Of a stretch of DNA of 64,000 bases, positions 60,287 to 64,000 are shown piece after piece (the stretch's first letter is position 1; each line of letters begins with the position of its first letter). The notes under the pieces are model-generated. The model ran no database searches and had not been told where the DNA came from. It saw nothing but the letters and a program-made list of their open reading frames with translations. Source of the DNA: a virus. Location: the IMG/VR virus record IMGVR_UViG_3300045988_159115, one strand, 5' to 3'. The position numbers and the translations under genes were made by a program.

Positions 60287-62113
60287 ATGGTAGATACAGT
60301 GAAACCCAAAAAAGATTCTTCCATGTTGATTGACATTCAATATGTGAAACCTAGTAAAGCAAATAACCAGCCAGATGACTATCTCTACATTATCTGGAGA
60401 GATATGGATACTGGTGAGAAGCATTTGATGATAAATAAAAACCCGGTCATTCCTATCTATTTTGAGAAGGAAGAGTATCGGGATCATGACTATTGTAAGA
60501 ATTACGCTCCGATGGATCATCTCGTAGAGAAATTTGTTCCGTATCGAGATGTGACGAAGGAGATTGCTTGTGAAGCTGGTGGCCAGTGGCTTCAGATTTA
60601 CAAGGAGAATATGAGAGCCGGTCGTTATGGAGAGAATAAAAAAATTTATGCTTATCCATACACGTTCGGCTCTGATTATGACCCTATCCCTATTTATCGA
60701 GCAAAATGGCTTAATAAATTTGATAATGATAGGGTTAAAAAACTGCATAAGGGATTCCTCGATATTGAGGTTGATGGTATCGAAACTCCGGGAATGCCTT
60801 CTGCACAAGACTGTCCTGTTAATGCAGTTACTCTGATTGACGGATGGGATGGTATCGTATACACTTTCCTTTATGTCGGTAGACAGTATGAAGGAAGCGA
60901 TCCTCATCGTAAAGAGATGTATGCTAATATGCATGCTCAGCAGAAGTATATGATTACTCATACTTCTGAATTTAATCAGAAGCTCCATGAAACCTATGAC
61001 GACTTCTACGGTGCTGACTTGAAGTATAAGCAATTCTTCTATACCGATGAGAAGAAGATGCTTGTCCATTTATTCCAGCTTATCAACCAATTGAAGCTTG
61101 ACTTCATTGCTGTGTGGAATATCTCCTTCGATATGCCGTACTTAATTGAACGATTGACTCGATTGGGACTTGACCCGAAAGAAGTAATGTGCCATCCGGA
61201 TTTTCCTGCTAAGGTTTGCTACTTTAAGAAGGACGATCGAAACTTCGAAATTAAGAATAAGAATGATACGATGATTCTTAGTTCTTATACGAATTTCATC
61301 GACCAAATGGAACTGTATGCAGCAAACCGTAAAGGTGCATCCGAACTTCGTTCCTATAAGCTGAATTTCATTGCACAGAAAGAGTTGAAGGATACGAAGC
61401 TCGATTATTCTGACGAAGGTAATATTAAGACTCTTCCATATGAGAACTTCGAGATGTTTGTGACATACAACATCAAGGACGTTTTGCTTCAGTATGGTAT
61501 TGAACGCCGTACTTGTGATATGGATACCTTATATGTCTCTTCGTATAAGAATGCTACTCCGTATGCAAAGGTCTTTAAGCAAACCGTCGTTCTTCGTAAC
61601 GTGCAATACGTGAACTTCTTAAGTAGAGGACTGGTTCCTGGAAATAACATCAATGTCCTCTTTGATACAAAGGCTGCACCTAAGTATGATGATGAAGGAA
61701 ACTTGATTGACGAAGATGAGAGCTTCGAAGGTGCGCTCGTAGCCGATCCGACGTATAATGATAAAGTCGGTATTGACATTTACGGCCAGCCTTCCAATAA
61801 TATCTTCCTCAATGCAGTTGACTTCGATATGTCTGCATTCTATCCTTCTAGCATTCGTGCCATGAATATCGACCCGTCTACGTTGATTTTCAAAATGCAG
61901 CTTGACCTTGATCAGTATGATATTTATGGCGGAGAAATTCCTCTGAATGGTATTACTTGGAAAAAATTCGTTGAAGAAGGAGAGAAAGACGGAAGCAAGG
62001 AGTTCATTGATAACTTCCAGACAGGGAACTACCATAGCTTTGGTAGCAAATGGCTTAATATGCCTTCTGTCGATGAAGTATTCCAGCGTATGAAAGAGGA
62101 GCTTGGAGACTAA
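60287..62113 (+). CDS. family B DNA polymerase, N-terminal part only (3'-5' exonuclease domain through polymerase motif A)
   Basis: Track ORF 60251-62113; GAAAGGA SD plus ATG 60287. ExoI GFLDIEVD, ExoII VWNISFDMPYL, ExoIII YNIKDVLL, motif A DFDMSAFYPSS. There is no KxxxNSxYG or YGDTDS before the stop, about 86 aa after motif A. Confidence 0.85.
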   Translation: MVDTVKPKKDSSMLIDIQYVKPSKANNQPDDYLYIIWRDMDTGEKHLMINKNPVIPIYFEKEEYRDHDYCKNYAPMDHLVEKFVPYRDVTKEIACEAGGQWLQIYKENMRAGRYGENKKIYAYPYTFGSDYDPIPIYRAKWLNKFDNDRVKKLHKGFLDIEVDGIETPGMPSAQDCPVNAVTLIDGWDGIVYTFLYVGRQYEGSDPHRKEMYANMHAQQKYMITHTSEFNQKLHETYDDFYGADLKYKQFFYTDEKKMLVHLFQLINQLKLDFIAVWNISFDMPYLIERLTRLGLDPKEVMCHPDFPAKVCYFKKDDRNFEIKNKNDTMILSSYTNFIDQMELYAANRKGASELRSYKLNFIAQKELKDTKLDYSDEGNIKTLPYENFEMFVTYNIKDVLLQYGIERRTCDMDTLYVSSYKNATPYAKVFKQTVVLRNVQYVNFLSRGLVPGNNINVLFDTKAAPKYDDEGNLIDEDESFEGALVADPTYNDKVGIDIYGQPSNNIFLNAVDFDMSAFYPSSIRAMNIDPSTLIFKMQLDLDQYDIYGGEIPLNGITWKKFVEEGEKDGSKEFIDNFQTGNYHSFGSKWLNMPSVDEVFQRMKEELGD

Positions 62114-62970
62114 TGGTAGATACACAGAAGAACTATATCCAAATCATTTCAGATCTTGTCTCTGTCCCACAGGATGAGCTGACTGAGATGCTTAAGAAAG
62201 ATCTTAGGAAAAAGAAAGCAACTCCTTTGATGGAAGAAATTATGAGTGCTCTCGGAGTGTCAGAAGAAGAATTGCGAGAGCAACTCAGATATGAATTCAC
62301 CGGTAAGATTACCGTTCATATTCCAGAAGAAGAGATTCGTTCTCCAATTGCCAAGATGCTGTCTAAATTGATTCGTGTCATGAACGATATCTATATCTTA
62401 AAGACTGGTGATGTCATTAGTCTGGATGTAGACTATCCGTATCACATCAAATTACAGCAGGAGATGACGGAGTCTATTTTCTCATTACTTCCTGAGATTG
62501 ATGGAATCATTCATATTCCAAATGCTCGTGAATTTAAGATGATGCTTTATCCTTCTGACAAGGAAGCGATGACTGATGGATTCGATTTTTACGAGTATAA
62601 GACAAAAGCAGTTCCAGTTATCTTGAATTCTGAAAAAGGAAAAGTCTTAGCAAGACTCAAGTATTATCAGGATTTGAGTGCTGGCTGTGATAGCTGGTAT
62701 GATTTCGTTTTGGACGAATCGACGATCAATAAGATTTTCGTGAATAACGATTATTTTGATTTCGTTCCAGAAGGAGTGGAAGGTGGTCCTTCGATTATTC
62801 TTACGAAGGAATCTTTCCCACTCATTACAGAAAAGACAGCTGATATCATAGAGTATAGCGCAAGACAATACTCTAAAGACTTATACCTAATCGTATTCAG
62901 ATTCGATTGTGGTATTTTTTCAGTTCAATCGTTCAACTTCTATATCCCGATGGTTAGAAAAGATAGCTGA
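62113..62970 (+). CDS. hypothetical protein translationally coupled to the PolB fragment
   Basis: Track ORF; TAATG overlap. I saw no polymerase motif B or C. Terminator 62975-63027 follows. Confidence 0.65.
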   Translation: MVDTQKNYIQIISDLVSVPQDELTEMLKKDLRKKKATPLMEEIMSALGVSEEELREQLRYEFTGKITVHIPEEEIRSPIAKMLSKLIRVMNDIYILKTGDVISLDVDYPYHIKLQQEMTESIFSLLPEIDGIIHIPNAREFKMMLYPSDKEAMTDGFDFYEYKTKAVPVILNSEKGKVLARLKYYQDLSAGCDSWYDFVLDESTINKIFVNNDYFDFVPEGVEGGPSIILTKESFPLITEKTADIIEYSARQYSKDLYLIVFRFDCGIFSVQSFNFYIPMVRKDS

Positions 62971-62974
62971 AACT

Positions 62975-63027
62975 AAAAAATAAGAACCAAGGTTTCTCGT
63001 ACTAGAGTGAACCTTGGTTCTTATTTT
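62975..63027 (+). terminator. intrinsic terminator
   Basis: AAAAAATAAGAACCAAGGTT / AACCTTGGTTCTTATTTT. Confidence 0.85.
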
Positions 63028-63029
63028 AC

Positions 63030-63068
63030 AAAAAAGAAGGGATACCTAGCTGGTTGCTAGGTCCCTTG
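63030..63068 (-). terminator. intrinsic terminator, bulged GGACCTAAC family (minus strand)
   Basis: Reverse complement AAGGGACCTAGC-AACCA-GCTAGG(TA)TCCCTT followed by CTTTTTT. Confidence 0.8.
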
Positions 63069-63078
63069 ATCCCATGGA

Positions 63079-63684
63079 TTATTTCATAGGATCGAAGTCA
63101 CGAACCAAGAATGGTACGTAGATGTTGTCTATATTCATGAGGAGGAAATAGCAAATGCCGTCCTCGCTCATGAAATGGTGAATTTTCATGTATTCGGTGT
63201 GATCGCCATAGACATCCTGGACAGCCTTGTACTCATTAGCATACTGGATGCCGATGAGTTGGTCGCCATTGGTGGACGTAGCGAACAGATCCGCGCTCGA
63301 AATCCTCAAGTAGTTCTTTCCGGTGGAAAGCACAGACATGAAATCATCGAACGATTCCGGAGAGAACCCGGTATAGTGCATGAGATCGTTGATGACGTCG
63401 GGGGTGAAGATAGTTTCCAGATTGAGGCCGCGAACGAACTGTGTGAGCACAACGTTCTTATTGGGTTTGACTGTCTTGTAGATCGGGCTCTTTACGATGA
63501 TGTCACCATTCAGGAGGGAAGAGCATTGCTGATCAGCCGTATTAGCGTAGAGCAACCGATCGTATATCTCAGAATACCCTTCGTAATATTTAACAGACCC
63601 ATTGACTACCGTTGCTTTGATGATGTGAAATGGATTGTACTGTTCGGTGCGGCGCAAGGCGCTCTTGCTGATTTCATATCCCAT
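63079..63684 (-). CDS. hypothetical protein
   Basis: Track ORF; GGAGAAGGAAAA SD. Class A motif at 63761-63770. Terminator 63030-63068. Confidence 0.65.
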   Translation of the reverse strand: MGYEISKSALRRTEQYNPFHIIKATVVNGSVKYYEGYSEIYDRLLYANTADQQCSSLLNGDIIVKSPIYKTVKPNKNVVLTQFVRGLNLETIFTPDVINDLMHYTGFSPESFDDFMSVLSTGKNYLRISSADLFATSTNGDQLIGIQYANEYKAVQDVYGDHTEYMKIHHFMSEDGICYFLLMNIDNIYVPFLVRDFDPMK

Positions 63685-63760
63685 TCTGTTTTCCTTCTCC
63701 TAGTATACACTAGGCCAAAATGAATATAAGTAAACCGATTGCTTACTTCATATTCACTAT

Positions 63761-63770
63761 TATAATATAT
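63761..63770 (-). promoter_or_regulatory. class A motif ATATATTATA (minus strand)
   Basis: The reverse complement reads TAATTATATATTATAATAGTG; 76 nt upstream of minus-strand ATG 63684. Confidence 0.6.
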
Positions 63771-63820
63771 AATTATTTTAAATGATTAACTGTTATACTC
63801 CACAGGAAATGATGCTGAAA

Positions 63821-63832
63821 ACACTAAGGTAA
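63821..63832 (+). promoter_or_regulatory. class B motif ACA-N6-TAA
   Basis: CTGAAAACACTAAGGTAA; 73 nt upstream of ATG 63906. Confidence 0.55.
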
Positions 63833-63905
63833 GCTTAAGACAATACATATGATGCATTACGTTTTCATATCAAAAAATAGATTTGAGAGGAGTGTAGTAA
63901 GTCCT

Positions 63906-64000
63906 ATGGCCGATCATATCCACGAAGCTTCTGGATCTTCTGCGCCGCAGCTTACCAAACAGCAGGCGGGTCGAATTAACCGGACGAATCGAAACATCAG
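63906..64000 (+). CDS. 5' end of a CDS running off the window
   Basis: ATG 63906 (MADHIHEASGSSAPQLTKQQAGRINRTNRNI..) is open to the window end. The GAGGAG SD is 13 nt upstream, a long spacing. Class B motif at 63821. Confidence 0.4.
   Translation, partial: MADHIHEASGSSAPQLTKQQAGRINRTNRNI

Noticed and set aside
1-64000. Search by eye for tRNA/tmRNA genes, rRNA, CRISPR arrays, integrase/transposase genes and att-like long direct repeats.
   Set aside because: I found no GTTCGAATC-type T-arm in a cloverleaf context, no regularly spaced direct repeats and no recombinase motifs. An eye scan of 64 kb is not exhaustive, so tRNAscan-SE or Infernal should be run.

Overview
This window is a 64-kb segment of a large, jumbo-type dsDNA phage genome. 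The host is probably a low-GC Gram-positive bacterium, judging from GAAAGGAG/GGAGG Shine-Dalgarno (SD) sites and an M15-peptidase endolysin with a PG_binding_1-like tail. I call about 70 protein genes in about 17 alternating strand blocks. Most blocks are bounded by strong, often bidirectional hairpin terminators.

Recognisable functions:
- tubulin/FtsZ-like GTPase (PhuZ/TubZ-like)
- type IIA topoisomerase B and A subunits
- NAD-dependent DNA ligase
- RecA/UvsX-like recombinase
- SF1 Dda/RecD-like helicase and an SF2 helicase
- Rad50/SbcC-like ATPase
- the exonuclease-plus-motif-A part of a family B DNA polymerase
- three fragments of a phage-encoded multisubunit RNA polymerase (beta N-terminal part, beta C-terminal part, beta-prime regions E-G)
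- T4 gp21-like prohead protease
- endolysin
- protein-kinase-like protein
- MazG-like protein

I saw no rRNA, tRNA, CRISPR array, integrase or transposase by eye.

Most interesting signals:
1. Two sharply defined intergenic motif families look like phage-specific promoters. One is an exact 10-mer, ATATATTATA, at 11 sites. The other is ACA-N6-TAA at 19 strict sites, often written CT(G/A)AAAACA-N6-TAA. As far as I recall, the second resembles the AACA-N6-TW consensus of the non-virion RNA polymerase of Bacillus jumbo phage AR9.
2. The split RNA polymerase genes.
3. A codon-optimised, insulated four-gene block containing the tubulin.
4. A 29-nt leader with a 7-codon upstream ORF (uORF) shared by both topoisomerase genes.
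5. An apparently split family B polymerase.
6. Several unusual hairpin arrangements: an anti-SD hairpin, promoter motifs inside hairpin loops, and a covarying bulged terminator family.

All functional calls come from motif recognition by eye. No database search was run.
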